A stretch of DNA of 64,000 bases, from contig CAVSOU010000010.1 of assembly GCA_963729625.1 (NCBI GenBank), positions 992,001-1,056,000 of the forward strand. Direction: 5' to 3'. This document shows, in pieces, positions 28,938-38,596 of this stretch (position 1 is its first letter; the number at the start of each line of letters is the position of its first letter). This stretch comes from an uncultured bacterium. GTDB taxonomy: Bacteria > Chloroflexota > UBA5177 > JANWHV01. The notes under the pieces are model-generated. The model was not told the origin of the DNA and did no database searches. It was given only the letters and a program-made list of their open reading frames with translations. The translations under genes were made by a program, and so were the position numbers.

Positions 28938-29515
28938 GCCGCGATCTCCTTTGTCTCTGCGCCCGTCACGGCGTCGAAGGCCGCGGTAGCAGCGGCGATG
29001 TTCAGCTCAGCCACTCTGCCGGTAAATCGCTCGCGCAGCGCGGCGCAGACAGACTCCAGGCCGATGACGTCGGTCATCGCCGCGAATGCTCCGAGCAGCG
29101 TCGCGTTTGGAATTGGCCGGCCGGTCAACGCCAGCGCCAGCTCAGTGGCCGCCACAGTCCTCACGTGACCCGCCGGAAACCCCGCCACGAACGCGTCGAT
29201 GCCGAGGGCCGCGTAGCTCCTGGAGGAGTTGATCAGCAGGTAACCGTCGCTGGATATGCCCTGCAGCACGTCGACCGAGCTGAACAACGTCGGATCTTGT
29301 ATGACCAGTGCGTCCGGCTGCATCACCGGTTCTCTGGTCCGGATCGGCCTATCGTCTATGCGGCAGAACGCGACCACCGGAGCGCCCATGCGCTCGGACC
29401 CGAAGCTAGGGAAGGCTTGAGCGTACTTGCCTTCCATGAATGCGGCGATTGAGAGGAGCTCGGCGGCCGTCACGACGCCCTGTCCGCCTCTTCCGTGCAC
29501 TCGAATCTGAAACAT
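28931..29515 (-). CDS. porG: Pyruvate/2-oxoacid:ferredoxin oxidoreductase gamma subunit
   Basis: IRVHGRGGQGVVT, FPSFGSERMGAPV, PNATLLGA. Confidence 0.92.
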   Translation of the reverse strand: MFQIRVHGRGGQGVVTAAELLSIAAFMEGKYAQAFPSFGSERMGAPVVAFCRIDDRPIRTREPVMQPDALVIQDPTLFSSVDVLQGISSDGYLLINSSRSYAALGIDAFVAGFPAGHVRTVAATELALALTGRPIPNATLLGAFAAMTDVIGLESVCAALRERFTGRVAELNIAAATAAFDAVTGAETKEIAAC

Positions 29516-29711
29516 TGCATCCCCTTTGGCGCTGAGCGATCCGGGCCTGCGGGCAGGGCTCGCGCGGGGCCCGCAACTTGAGTTCCTGCGTATCAGTCAC
29601 TTGTAATGATCGTGACAGCCGTGGAGCCTAGCAAGTGCCGCATGGCCCGGCGTTTAAGGCCGACCCGCAGGCTGCACTCAACCTCGGGGCGGCGAACGGC
29701 AATCATTCGTT

Positions 29712-30770
29712 TCAGACCTGCGGACTATTGCCGCGGAGCTCGCGCCAGGCGGACGTGCCCACGGCCTGCAACAAACCCGCCAAGGGTGCGGCAAAAAGCG
29801 CGCCCCAGATGCCAAACAGCTCGCTTCCCGCCACGAGTGCGATCAGTGCGGTTGCCGGGTGGATGCCCACGGCCTTTCCCATCACGCGCGGGCCGACCAC
29901 GTCGCCCTCGATGACGTGCACAACGGCGAAGTAGGCGAGCACGACGAGCGCAAGGACCCATCCCTGGAACAAGGCGATCAGAACGCACACGGCGCCGGAC
30001 ACCAGCACCCCGATGATCGGGATGAACTCCATGAAGAAGGCCAGGACACCCAGCAGGATAGCGTACGGGACGTGCAGGATCAGCATTCCGCCGGCAACCA
30101 ACACCCCAATGAGCAGCGCCATCGTCAGCGTGCCCCGAATATATCCGCCCACGACCTGGTTCACGATGCCGAGGAGCATGGTTGTACGCCATCGCTGGGC
30201 GCCTGGCGTCTCGCGGCGCAGCCGTTGCGCGATCTTTGGGCCGTTGGCGGTGAGATAGACGCTGAGGATCAGAATCAGAATCAGGTCGATGACGGTGCTG
30301 ACGATCCCCGAGACTATGTCCAGAGATTGCGTTGCGGCTGTCGTGCCGGCGCCCTGAATATAGCTGGTCGCTTGCTGCTGGGCGTGGTCGAGCTTGGCCT
30401 GCGTGACCCCGAACGGCTTGAGCGCGGCGATCAGCTGTGGCTCAAAGCGCTTGAGCTGAAGCTGATAGCGAGGGAGGTCGTGAACCAGGCTGGTGACCTG
30501 GTTTGCCGCAGTGTCCACGATGAGTGCGACCAGCCCGAGCAGCATAGCGAAGCCGAGCGCATAGGCCACGGCGATCGCGAGCGCTCGAGGCATCCAGCGT
30601 GAGAGCAGCGAGACGAGCGGCGTGAGGGCAAACGCCACGATGCCGCTCAGTAGCAACACCAGAATTGTCTTGGTGATATGGGCTAGGAGCCATACCCCAA
30701 CCACGAGGACGCCGAGCCAGGCCAGGATAATGAGAGGGAGATAGAGCGCTCGCTGCCAGGACGCGGGCAT
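29712..30770 (-). CDS. AI-2E family (PerM/UPF0118) transporter
   Basis: LTPLV, GGYIRG, FIPIIG, IEGDVVGPRVMG, IHP, FGIWGALFAAPL; start codon uncertain (30770 or 30794). Confidence 0.9.
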   Translation of the reverse strand: MPASWQRALYLPLIILAWLGVLVVGVWLLAHITKTILVLLLSGIVAFALTPLVSLLSRWMPRALAIAVAYALGFAMLLGLVALIVDTAANQVTSLVHDLPRYQLQLKRFEPQLIAALKPFGVTQAKLDHAQQQATSYIQGAGTTAATQSLDIVSGIVSTVIDLILILILSVYLTANGPKIAQRLRRETPGAQRWRTTMLLGIVNQVVGGYIRGTLTMALLIGVLVAGGMLILHVPYAILLGVLAFFMEFIPIIGVLVSGAVCVLIALFQGWVLALVVLAYFAVVHVIEGDVVGPRVMGKAVGIHPATALIALVAGSELFGIWGALFAAPLAGLLQAVGTSAWRELRGNSPQV

Positions 30771-31051
30771 CGGCAGGTCACCCCTTTCTTGCATTTCCGC
30801 CGACTCGTCTCTTGCCAAACAACGCGGTCTCGGAATCGGCAATACACGCTGCCCGCTCAGCATACCACGCGCTGTGCCGAGGGCCCGAAGTGCTACGGGC
30901 GCTTGCGCAACCACCCTTAGTCCGAAAACGAACTGACTTTGGCCATACGACCTGGAGCGTGTACGCTCACACATATATGCTGGCTCCAAGCCGCCACAGG
31001 CTCTCCTCCAGCAGTTATAGCTTCGCCATGGAAGCGCAAGGAGGTTGTACG

Positions 31052-32407
31052 ATGCCTCGCCAGCCCGGGTCGTCCGCCCGCACGTGCGCAATCAGTATGC
31101 TTCTCCTGTCGTTGCTCCTCGCCATTGCCCCTCAGACGTCGGCCGCTCCCAGCCGGCAGCCAGAGGCAGACTGGACTATGTACCACGCCAATCCAGCGCG
31201 CACCGGCTTCGTCGCCGGCACCCGAGACCCCGCGAGCCTCACGAGCCTGTGGACGTCTACGCTCGATGGGGCGGTCTACGCCGAGCCACTTGTGGTCGGC
31301 GGCAGTGTGCTGGTTGCGACGGAACATGATTCGATCTATGCGCTTGACGAGCGGAACGGGCACGTGCAGTGGAGGCTTACCGTCGGCACGCCGGTGCCGC
31401 AATCCGCGCTCCCGTGCGGCGATATCTTTCCCCTCGGTATCACCGGAACGCCGGTGTACGACCCGCGAACAGGATTGATCTTCGCCGTCGCCGAGACTAG
31501 CGGCCCCTCCCACGTATTGTTCGGAGTCGACGTGAAGACCGGACACGTCAGAGTGCGGCGCTCCGTCGATCCCTCTGGCACGGATCCTCGGCCCCTTCAG
31601 CAGCGTGGCGCCCTGGCACTCTCGGGGAATATGGTGTACGTCGCGTTCGGCGGCTTGACTGGCGACTGTGGCAACTATCACGGCATGGTGGTCGGATCGC
31701 GTACCGACGGATCGGGAGCATTGCTCCGCTACCAGGTGCCGACCCCGCGCGAGGGCGGTATTTGGGCCACCCCGGGGCCAGTCATCGACAGCCAGGGCAA
31801 CCTCTACGTCGCCGTCGGCAACGGCGCCGTCACGCAAGGGAACTGGGACTACAGCGATTCCGTACTGCGTCTGTCTTCCGCGCTCCATTTGGAGGATGCC
31901 TTTGCCCCTTCACAGTGGCAGAAGGATAACGCGTCAGATGCCGATTTGGGCTCCATGGGGCCGGTGCTCCTGCCCAATGGCTTGCTGTACGCCGACGGGA
32001 AGTCGGGCCACGGCTACCTGTTGCGAGCGCTTCATTTGGGAGGAGTAGGCGGCCAGATTCAGACCCTGTCGCCATGCGCGGCGTACGGCGGAGCCGCCGT
32101 AAATGGCCAGTTCCTGTATATTCCGTGCGACGACCAGTTGCGTCAGCTCAGGCTTGCCTCAGGGTCGCGCCTTGTCGTCGGCTGGCAAGCGCCCGCGGCT
32201 GTCACTGGTTCACCGGTAGTCGGAGGACAGACAGTCTATAGTCTCAACCCAGGCGCCGGCACGCTTTATGCTCTCAACGCCGCTACAGGTGAGGTACGCG
32301 CCACGGTCGGAGTGGGCGTCGCATCGCGCTTCGCCACTCCGGCGCTCTCGGGGAACACCGTGTTTGTCGGTACCATGCAGGGAATCGTCGCAATAAGCAT
32401 ACGCTGA
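31052..32407 (+). CDS. Secreted PQQ-like beta-propeller repeat protein
   Basis: AGGAGG SD; signal peptide; DWTMYHANPARTG, YAEPLV, IYALD..NG...W, GITGTPV, QRGAL, GGIW, LYALNAATG. Confidence 0.85.
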   Translation: MPRQPGSSARTCAISMLLLSLLLAIAPQTSAAPSRQPEADWTMYHANPARTGFVAGTRDPASLTSLWTSTLDGAVYAEPLVVGGSVLVATEHDSIYALDERNGHVQWRLTVGTPVPQSALPCGDIFPLGITGTPVYDPRTGLIFAVAETSGPSHVLFGVDVKTGHVRVRRSVDPSGTDPRPLQQRGALALSGNMVYVAFGGLTGDCGNYHGMVVGSRTDGSGALLRYQVPTPREGGIWATPGPVIDSQGNLYVAVGNGAVTQGNWDYSDSVLRLSSALHLEDAFAPSQWQKDNASDADLGSMGPVLLPNGLLYADGKSGHGYLLRALHLGGVGGQIQTLSPCAAYGGAAVNGQFLYIPCDDQLRQLRLASGSRLVVGWQAPAAVTGSPVVGGQTVYSLNPGAGTLYALNAATGEVRATVGVGVASRFATPALSGNTVFVGTMQGIVAISIR

Positions 32408-32452
32408 GCACCAGCCTCGACCATCCTCTCCTCTCAACCTTCGTGCCCGACC

Positions 32453-32956
32453 TCAGTCAATAAGCACTGGTCTGTCGGTGAAGCGCACCAGATAGTTGTC
32501 GGAGCTGCCGGTCCCTTCAAGCAGGAGAACCATCAGCGTGGCGGGCTTGTCGATCGCGAGCGGCACGCCGTGCCACACACCTTTTCGAAGCTTGGCTCCC
32601 TGACCCTGTCGGATGCGAAACACGTGAAACTGGTCAAGCGCCGGAAGCCGCTCGGGATCGTCCAGGTGGTCGGGTGGCCCGACGTACACCAAGCAGTCTT
32701 CGATAAGAGGCACCAACGTTTCCTCGCTGCGGAGATGCCTTTCGGCCCAATCAAACGAGAGCGGGCGGGGTTGAAGCTGCAGGAAGCCCACACCGTTAGG
32801 ACGTGTATCCGCCTCCAGCAATGTTGTTTCTCCCCACCAATTCCAACCGGTCCCGCCTGCATCAGCTTCCCGGCTGGGTATCTCGACCACCGTGCCAAAC
32901 GGCGCAAACGCACTGGGAGTCAAGGTCTCCACCTGCAGGTGCAGTTGTTCGTTCAT
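32453..32956 (-). CDS. Ureidoglycolate lyase-like (AllA family) cupin
   Basis: LTPSAFAPFG, ERHLRSEETLVP, GVWH; GGAGGAG SD. Confidence 0.8.
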   Translation of the reverse strand: MNEQLHLQVETLTPSAFAPFGTVVEIPSREADAGGTGWNWWGETTLLEADTRPNGVGFLQLQPRPLSFDWAERHLRSEETLVPLIEDCLVYVGPPDHLDDPERLPALDQFHVFRIRQGQGAKLRKGVWHGVPLAIDKPATLMVLLLEGTGSSDNYLVRFTDRPVLID

Positions 32957-33053
32957 GCAATCTCCTCCACTTCGCCGCAGGGTAAGCAACGACCGCCGGT
33001 TCTCATGCGCCGGGACCGCCGCCACGCAGCATTCGGGTCTCCGGCGGCCCGGC

Positions 33054-34088
33054 TCACGCGTTCCGTTTGCGAGGCGGCCGGACGGGGCCGCTGCCAACCC
33101 CCAAACGCTCGATCGCAGCCTGGATCTCGTCGAGGTCCTCCTCAGTGAGAGTGACGGTCGCGCCGCCGATCCAACCATCGATCTGATCCGCCGTGCGCGA
33201 GCCCACAATCGCCCCCGTCACACCTCGCCAGGCGAGGATCCACGCCAGTGCGACCGAGGTCACGTTCGTCCCGTGCCGCGCTGCGATGGGCTTGAGGCTG
33301 TCACGCAGCGCGAGATTGCGACTCAGCCTCGGCTCGCCGAACTCCTCGGCGAGATCGGCCTGCCACTTGCGCCAGTCGTAGGAGTCCATCAGCTCGACCC
33401 GCTCCGCGGAGAATGAATCGGTGAGCAGCCCGGACCGCAGCGGACTGTAGCAGATAACACCTGTCTCGTGATCCGCGCACCAGTCGAGCAGCTGCTGTCC
33501 GGCGTCGCGGGCGAGCAGTGAGAAGGGAGGCTGCAGCGAATCGACGTGCCGGATCGCCTCGCACCGCTCGAGCAGGCCGACGTCGAAGTTCGAGACAGCC
33601 GGCGCCCGCACTTTGCCCTCGTCGACGAGCTTTCCCAGCTCCGCCCACGACTCCTCCACCGGCGTCCCGGTCTTGTCCGGCCAGTGGAACTGCACGAGGT
33701 CGAGCCGCTCGATGGCGAGCCGGCGCAGCGATGCTTCGCACTCAAGCCGGATCGACGCGGGCCGGAGGTTGTTTTGCGGCTCGCCATAGGGGTCGGAATT
33801 TGACCAGCGGAGGCCGCACTTCGAGAAGACGTACGGCCGCTCGTCCGCAGGTATTCCCCTGAGGGCCCGGCCCACTATCTCCTCGGAATGGCCGCGCCCG
33901 TAGATGGGGGCAGTGTCGATCCAGTTGACGCCGCATTCAATCGCGTGGCGGATCGCTCGGACCGACGTGGCGTCGTCCTGCGGGCCCCAGCTGTACTTCC
34001 AATTTGGGCCGCCAAACACCCACGTGCCCGCTCCGAGCACCGTGATGTTCATGCCGCTGCGGCCCAATGCACGGGTTGGCAGGGTCAT
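33054..34088 (-). CDS. Aldo/keto reductase
   Basis: NWIDTAPIYG.GHSE, FSKCG, SLRRL...DLVQFHWP, SNF, LQPPFSLL, YSPL. Confidence 0.92.
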   Translation of the reverse strand: MTLPTRALGRSGMNITVLGAGTWVFGGPNWKYSWGPQDDATSVRAIRHAIECGVNWIDTAPIYGRGHSEEIVGRALRGIPADERPYVFSKCGLRWSNSDPYGEPQNNLRPASIRLECEASLRRLAIERLDLVQFHWPDKTGTPVEESWAELGKLVDEGKVRAPAVSNFDVGLLERCEAIRHVDSLQPPFSLLARDAGQQLLDWCADHETGVICYSPLRSGLLTDSFSAERVELMDSYDWRKWQADLAEEFGEPRLSRNLALRDSLKPIAARHGTNVTSVALAWILAWRGVTGAIVGSRTADQIDGWIGGATVTLTEEDLDEIQAAIERLGVGSGPVRPPRKRNA

Positions 34089-34891
34089 GTCGCACCTCCT
34101 GTAGCTACGTCTCGCCGGAAGCTCTGCACCATGAACTCGATGAGCTCCGGCAGGGATATCTCGCTGAGACTCTTGTCCACCGTCACCCGGCCATGCTGTA
34201 TCACGTTGATGCGGTCGCAGATTTCGAAGAGGTGTGTGTAGTTGTGGTCGATGACGATGATCGAGATATTCGTCTTTTTCGATAGACTCTTGATGAGGTT
34301 GATGATCAGTGACGTTTCCTTGGCTCCCATGGCCGCCAGCGGCTCGTCGAGCAACAGGATCTTGATGTTTTCCTGCCGCACCGCTCGCGCCACGGCAATG
34401 GCCTGCCGCTGGCCACCGGACAGCCTCGCAACCGGCGTATCGACGGACGGGACGTCGACTCCGATGTCGTCCAGGTAACGGCGCGCGGCGACGCGCATCG
34501 ATCGATTGCCAAGGAACCGGAACCAGCCGCCGCGGGTGTGCTCGCGGTTGAGAAACAGATTGTGGTACACGCTCAGCTCGCCGACCAGCGCCAGGTCCTG
34601 GAACACCGTCTCGATGCCGTGCTGGCGTGCATGCTGGACGGAACGAAACCGGACCTCCTCGCCCTCCAGGTAGATCCGACCTCGGTCCTGTCTGTACAGG
34701 CCAGTCAGAATCTTGACCAGCGTGGATTTGCCGGCGCCGTTGTCGCCGACCAGCCCCAAAACCTCACCGCGCCGCAGCTGCACGTCCACGCTCTGCAGCG
34801 CGACCACGGGACCGAAGCTCATCGCGATGTCCTCGGTCCGCAGAACCTCCTGCACGCCAGCTTGTCCGTTGCTCAGCCCATTCGCCGTCAT
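34085..34891 (-). CDS. Sugar ABC transporter ATP-binding protein (CUT2, single domain)
   Basis: GDNGAGKS, VFQDLAL, LSGGQRQ, LLDEP, DH. Confidence 0.93.
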   Translation of the reverse strand: MTANGLSNGQAGVQEVLRTEDIAMSFGPVVALQSVDVQLRRGEVLGLVGDNGAGKSTLVKILTGLYRQDRGRIYLEGEEVRFRSVQHARQHGIETVFQDLALVGELSVYHNLFLNREHTRGGWFRFLGNRSMRVAARRYLDDIGVDVPSVDTPVARLSGGQRQAIAVARAVRQENIKILLLDEPLAAMGAKETSLIINLIKSLSKKTNISIIVIDHNYTHLFEICDRINVIQHGRVTVDKSLSEISLPELIEFMVQSFRRDVATGGAT

Positions 34892-35970
34892 CGGCGCTTC
34901 CTTACCTTTCTGCGCCGCGGGAAGATCGAGAAGACCTGGCTGACCGCTCGCGCAAACGACCCGCGCGGCCCTTGCGCGGAAGCTGCCCGCTCGATCTGCA
35001 CGTTTAGGACCATTGCGAGCAGGATCGCTACGCCGGTGACCAGCTCGAGCGCAAAGGAGCTGGTGCCGAGGATGAGGAACCCGTCCTTGATACTACCCAG
35101 CACGAACGCCCCGATGACTGCGCCAACCATGGTCCCGCGCCCGCCGGTAAGCGCGGTGCCGCCGATCACCGCTGAGGTCACGCCGAAGAATGTGAAGCTC
35201 AGGCCATCAGTGGCGGGGTCGAGGCTGCCGAGGTGATAACCGTCGAGGATACCCATGAATCCGCCCACCAGCGCGCACAGCACGAAGCACCAGATCTTGG
35301 TGTAGTCGACCCTGATGCCCGACTCCCTGGCCGACTCCGTGTTTCCTCCCACGGCCACGATGTGCAGGCCGAAGGTCGTGCGTCGCAGTATCACGTGCAG
35401 CAGTGCTGCGAAGCCGAGCGCCCAGAAGGCCTCGGACCAGGACCATAATCCCAGGACGTTGGCCAACGCGCCCGAGCCGACAGGATTTGTCGGCGCCCCG
35501 TTCGAATAGATGAGGACCACGCCCGTAAGTGCGAAGGACATTGCCAGGGTGGCGATGAACGACGGCACCCGAAGCTTGACCGTGGCCAGGCCGTTGATGA
35601 ACCCCAGGCCACAGCAGACCAACAGCGAGAGGACGATGCATGGCAAAACGGGAAGACCAGTATTGCTCCAGTACGTGGCAAAAAAGGGCGACACGATGTA
35701 CATCTCGCCTACCGACAGATCGATCTCGCCCAGGATCAGGACCGGCACTTCGGCGAGCGCGAACATGGCAAACGGCGCGACGAACTGGGACATCACCAGG
35801 GCGTTGTCAGTCGTGAAGAAGTTCGGGGACTCGATGGTGAAGAAGATCACCAGTGCGACCGCGACCAGCGCGCCGACCAGCTCGCTCAAGTGCTGGTCGA
35901 TGAACCGCCGCGTACCCGATGTGGGTACGCGGCGGTTCACCTCGCGCGGCGCTAGGGTGTTCGCACTCAT
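34888..35970 (-). CDS. Sugar ABC transporter permease (RbsC-like)
   Basis: GEIDLSVG, PSFIATLA, VGGN.ESARESGI, AVIGGTALTGG.G. Confidence 0.93.
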   Translation of the reverse strand: MSANTLAPREVNRRVPTSGTRRFIDQHLSELVGALVAVALVIFFTIESPNFFTTDNALVMSQFVAPFAMFALAEVPVLILGEIDLSVGEMYIVSPFFATYWSNTGLPVLPCIVLSLLVCCGLGFINGLATVKLRVPSFIATLAMSFALTGVVLIYSNGAPTNPVGSGALANVLGLWSWSEAFWALGFAALLHVILRRTTFGLHIVAVGGNTESARESGIRVDYTKIWCFVLCALVGGFMGILDGYHLGSLDPATDGLSFTFFGVTSAVIGGTALTGGRGTMVGAVIGAFVLGSIKDGFLILGTSSFALELVTGVAILLAMVLNVQIERAASAQGPRGSFARAVSQVFSIFPRRRKVRKRR

Positions 35971-36015
35971 ATCCTAGATACCCCAGTACCGAACATTATA
36001 CAGACTCCAAACGGG

Positions 36016-37119
36016 CTACGGATGGCTGATCGTGGCCGGCCGAGTGAACACCACCGGCGTCGGGCTCGAGCCTTCCCAGGTATCCTTGTTCTTCAGATAG
36101 GCCCCAACATTGTCCTTGGTCACATACTTGAAGCCGGTGTTGTAGTCGGTGGGCGTGATCAGTCCGCCCGTGACGTTGTAGAGGAACAGCTGGTAGACCG
36201 ACATGGACCCCTGCAGGTAGGCTTGCTGATCGACCGTGAATGCCAGGCTACCCGCTTGGATGTTCTGCAACACGGGAAGGCCGACGTCAAAGGCAGAGCC
36301 GCCGACACCCTTGGCGGCGAGGTTCAGCTTCTGGATCGTCTTCGCCACGGCGACTCCGTTGCTGCCGCCAGTCGAGAACATCCACTTGACGCTCTGGTGC
36401 CCCTGATACCAGGCCTGGATCGACGCGAGGGCTGGCCCCTCAGTGGCGCCGACGCCTACCTGCACTGCGTTGACGCCGGCCGCCTTCAACACGCTCGCGG
36501 CGCCGTTCCAGCGCGGCTGCTCGTTCAGGGAGCCTATGACGCTAGTCATGCAGCCGACCAGGTCGCCCTTCTTGACGTACGTGAGTATCTTGTTTCCCAC
36601 GGCCACGCCGGCGCTGTAGAGGTCCTGACCGATGTAGGAGAATACGTTACTGCCGGCGCCGGCCGGAGCCTGGGCATTGTAGCCTACGACGGGAATTCCC
36701 TTGTCCAGTGCATTGTTCGTCACGGCGTTGAACGCCTTGGGGTCCACTATGCAGCACGCGATGCCATCGACTTTGTTGGCGATGGCAACGTTGAAGGCGT
36801 TGACCATCTCGGGGATGAGGCCGTTCTGCGAGCCGGTCCAGGTGTAGGTGCAGCCGAGCAGGTCGCACATATCGGTCGCCCCGGCGCGAACGGCGTTGAA
36901 GAAGACGTCGGCCGTCACATGACAGACAAATGCAAACTTGTAGGCAGGGTACGCGGGCCAGGGATTCTTGGTCGCGATGGACGACGCCGCCTCAACAGGG
37001 TCCGCGAGAGACCCGAGGAAGGGGAGACCGGCGGCCGCGATACCGGCATTGCGCAGGAAACGACGCCTGGAGTGCGCGTACTTCACTGGATTGATTTCGG
37101 GCTGTGTATATTTGGCCAT
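36016..37119 (-). CDS. Sugar ABC transporter substrate-binding protein with Tat signal
   Basis: SRRRFLRNAG twin-Arg signal; class I periplasmic-binding fold (FFNAVRAGA, GIPVVGYN, YIGQD, TVDQQAYLQG). Confidence 0.9.
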   Translation of the reverse strand: MAKYTQPEINPVKYAHSRRRFLRNAGIAAAGLPFLGSLADPVEAASSIATKNPWPAYPAYKFAFVCHVTADVFFNAVRAGATDMCDLLGCTYTWTGSQNGLIPEMVNAFNVAIANKVDGIACCIVDPKAFNAVTNNALDKGIPVVGYNAQAPAGAGSNVFSYIGQDLYSAGVAVGNKILTYVKKGDLVGCMTSVIGSLNEQPRWNGAASVLKAAGVNAVQVGVGATEGPALASIQAWYQGHQSVKWMFSTGGSNGVAVAKTIQKLNLAAKGVGGSAFDVGLPVLQNIQAGSLAFTVDQQAYLQGSMSVYQLFLYNVTGGLITPTDYNTGFKYVTKDNVGAYLKNKDTWEGSSPTPVVFTRPATISHP

Positions 37120-37291
37120 GTCAGGTCCCTTTCTTCGCCATTCCGGCATAAGGACTCTTTGTACGTTGGCCCTGGTCTGCCCAGCCGTCTAGAGCCTCCC
37201 GCGGTCGCACGATGCGCACGCTCGCATCGCGCTTTGCCGCCCTGGCCCCCATGGCGCTGAGCCGTCCTCGCTCACCTCCTTTCGATATAAT

Positions 37292-37350
37292 CATGTCATT
37301 ACAGGATCCGAAAACGCCCATAGTTTAGCATGTGCTGACCGTTCAGTCAA
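37292..37350 (-). promoter_or_regulatory. Sigma70 promoter and operator 1 (ABC transporter operon)
   Basis: Minus strand TTGACT (37345-37350), 17 bp, TGc-TAAACT (37322-37327); operator CATGTCATTACAGG at 37292-37305. Confidence 0.75.
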
Positions 37351-37550
37351 CGACCGCGAGAAGTTCGTCCACTCGTTGCAAGTGGTCCGCGTTGCGGCCT
37401 CCGAACACGTCCCAAAAAACAGCAGGGATGTGCTGCGAATATCCTGTAGTATACGCCTTGGCGCCGGACCGCGAATGCACAGCCACGATCCCCCCTCCGC
37501 TTGCGGTCTGAATGCCTTGACGCCAATCGAGACCTGGGGCCGCCGTGGAG

Positions 37551-37617
37551 TTGACACGGCGACCATGCTGTGCTACGGTACCCACGTTGTGTCCATCCTG
37601 TCATTACAGGGTTACAG
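37551..37617 (+). promoter_or_regulatory. Sigma70 promoter and operator 2 (kduD-SDR-larA)
   Basis: TTGACA 37551-37556, 17 bp, TGc-TACGGT 37574-37579; CCTGTCATTACAGG 37597-37610 followed by an extra half-site GTTACAG. Confidence 0.75.
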
Positions 37618-37817
37618 CAGCACGCCTTTGTCACATGTATAGGCGTGGGGCGGTGTGCACCGCCGTCAGACGGTTCCGGACAGGCCCGTTGATCGCGGCA
37701 CCGAGATCTCGATGCCGCGGCGATCGGCGCATCAAGAGAATCCTCGGTAGGCGATGATGCGCCGAGAGCCCTTGCGATATCCTCATCAATGGACGTACGC
37801 GGACTTGGAGGCAAACC

Positions 37818-38579
37818 ATGATACGAGATCGTTTCAGCCTGGACGGACAGGTCGCGATCGTTACCGGCGCCAGCACAGGCTTGGGACAGGGGATGTCTTG
37901 TGCACTGGCCGAGGCAGGCGCGAATGTAGTTGGAGTGGATTATGTAGAGATGACCGAGACTGAGAAGCGCGTCGCTGCGGTTGGCAGGCGATTTCTCGGC
38001 ATCGTGGCTGATCTGCTGTCGATCGACCCAATTGCGATGATTGTCGACAAGACGGTTGGCGCTTTCGGCAAGATCAACATACTTGTGAACAACGCGGGAA
38101 TCATACGACGCGAGGATCTGATCAACTTTGGCGAGAAGGACTGGGATGACGTTATGAGCCTGAATCTGAAGACGGTGTTCTTCTTCAGTCAGGCTGTTGC
38201 CAAGCAGTACATCAAGCAGGGAACAGGGGGCAAGATCATTAACATAGCGTCGATGCTTTCTTTCCAGGGAGGGATCAGGGTTCCTTCGTACACGGCCAGC
38301 AAGAGCGGTGTACTGGGAATCACGCGAACAATGGCGAACGAATGGGCGAAGCACGGTATCAATGCAAATGCAATCGCGCCAGGATACATGGCGACAAACA
38401 ATACGGCTCCGCTGAGAGCAGATAAAGACCGAAGCGCTGCAATCCTCGACAGAATACCCGCGGGCAGGTGGGGCTTGCCCGACGACTTGATGGGGCCCGT
38501 CGTCTTCCTGGCCTCGAGCGCCTCGGATTATGTTAACGGGTACACGCTGGCAGTCGACGGCGGTTGGCTTGCAAGGTGA
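37818..38579 (+). CDS. kduD: 2-dehydro-3-deoxy-D-gluconate 5-dehydrogenase (KduD)
   Basis: NNAGIIRRED...DWDDVM, GGKIINIASMLSFQGGIRVPSYTASKSG, NEWA, APGYMATNNT..LR.D..R, RIPAGRWG, GYTLAVDGGWLAR. Confidence 0.92.
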   Translation: MIRDRFSLDGQVAIVTGASTGLGQGMSCALAEAGANVVGVDYVEMTETEKRVAAVGRRFLGIVADLLSIDPIAMIVDKTVGAFGKINILVNNAGIIRREDLINFGEKDWDDVMSLNLKTVFFFSQAVAKQYIKQGTGGKIINIASMLSFQGGIRVPSYTASKSGVLGITRTMANEWAKHGINANAIAPGYMATNNTAPLRADKDRSAAILDRIPAGRWGLPDDLMGPVVFLASSASDYVNGYTLAVDGGWLAR

Positions 38580-38596
38580 ACACGAGGTAACTGGAG

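Noticed and set aside
30771-31091. Overlapping N-terminal extensions of the AI-2E and PQQ-propeller ORFs
   Set aside because: SD-supported starts at 30770/30794 and 31052 leave an ordinary divergent intergenic region.
37121-37282. Perfect SD (AAAGGAGGTGA, minus strand) and a possible 43-aa uORF before the binding-protein gene
   Set aside because: The nearest ATG is about 19 nt from the SD and the peptide has no recognisable features; not supportable without Ribo-seq.
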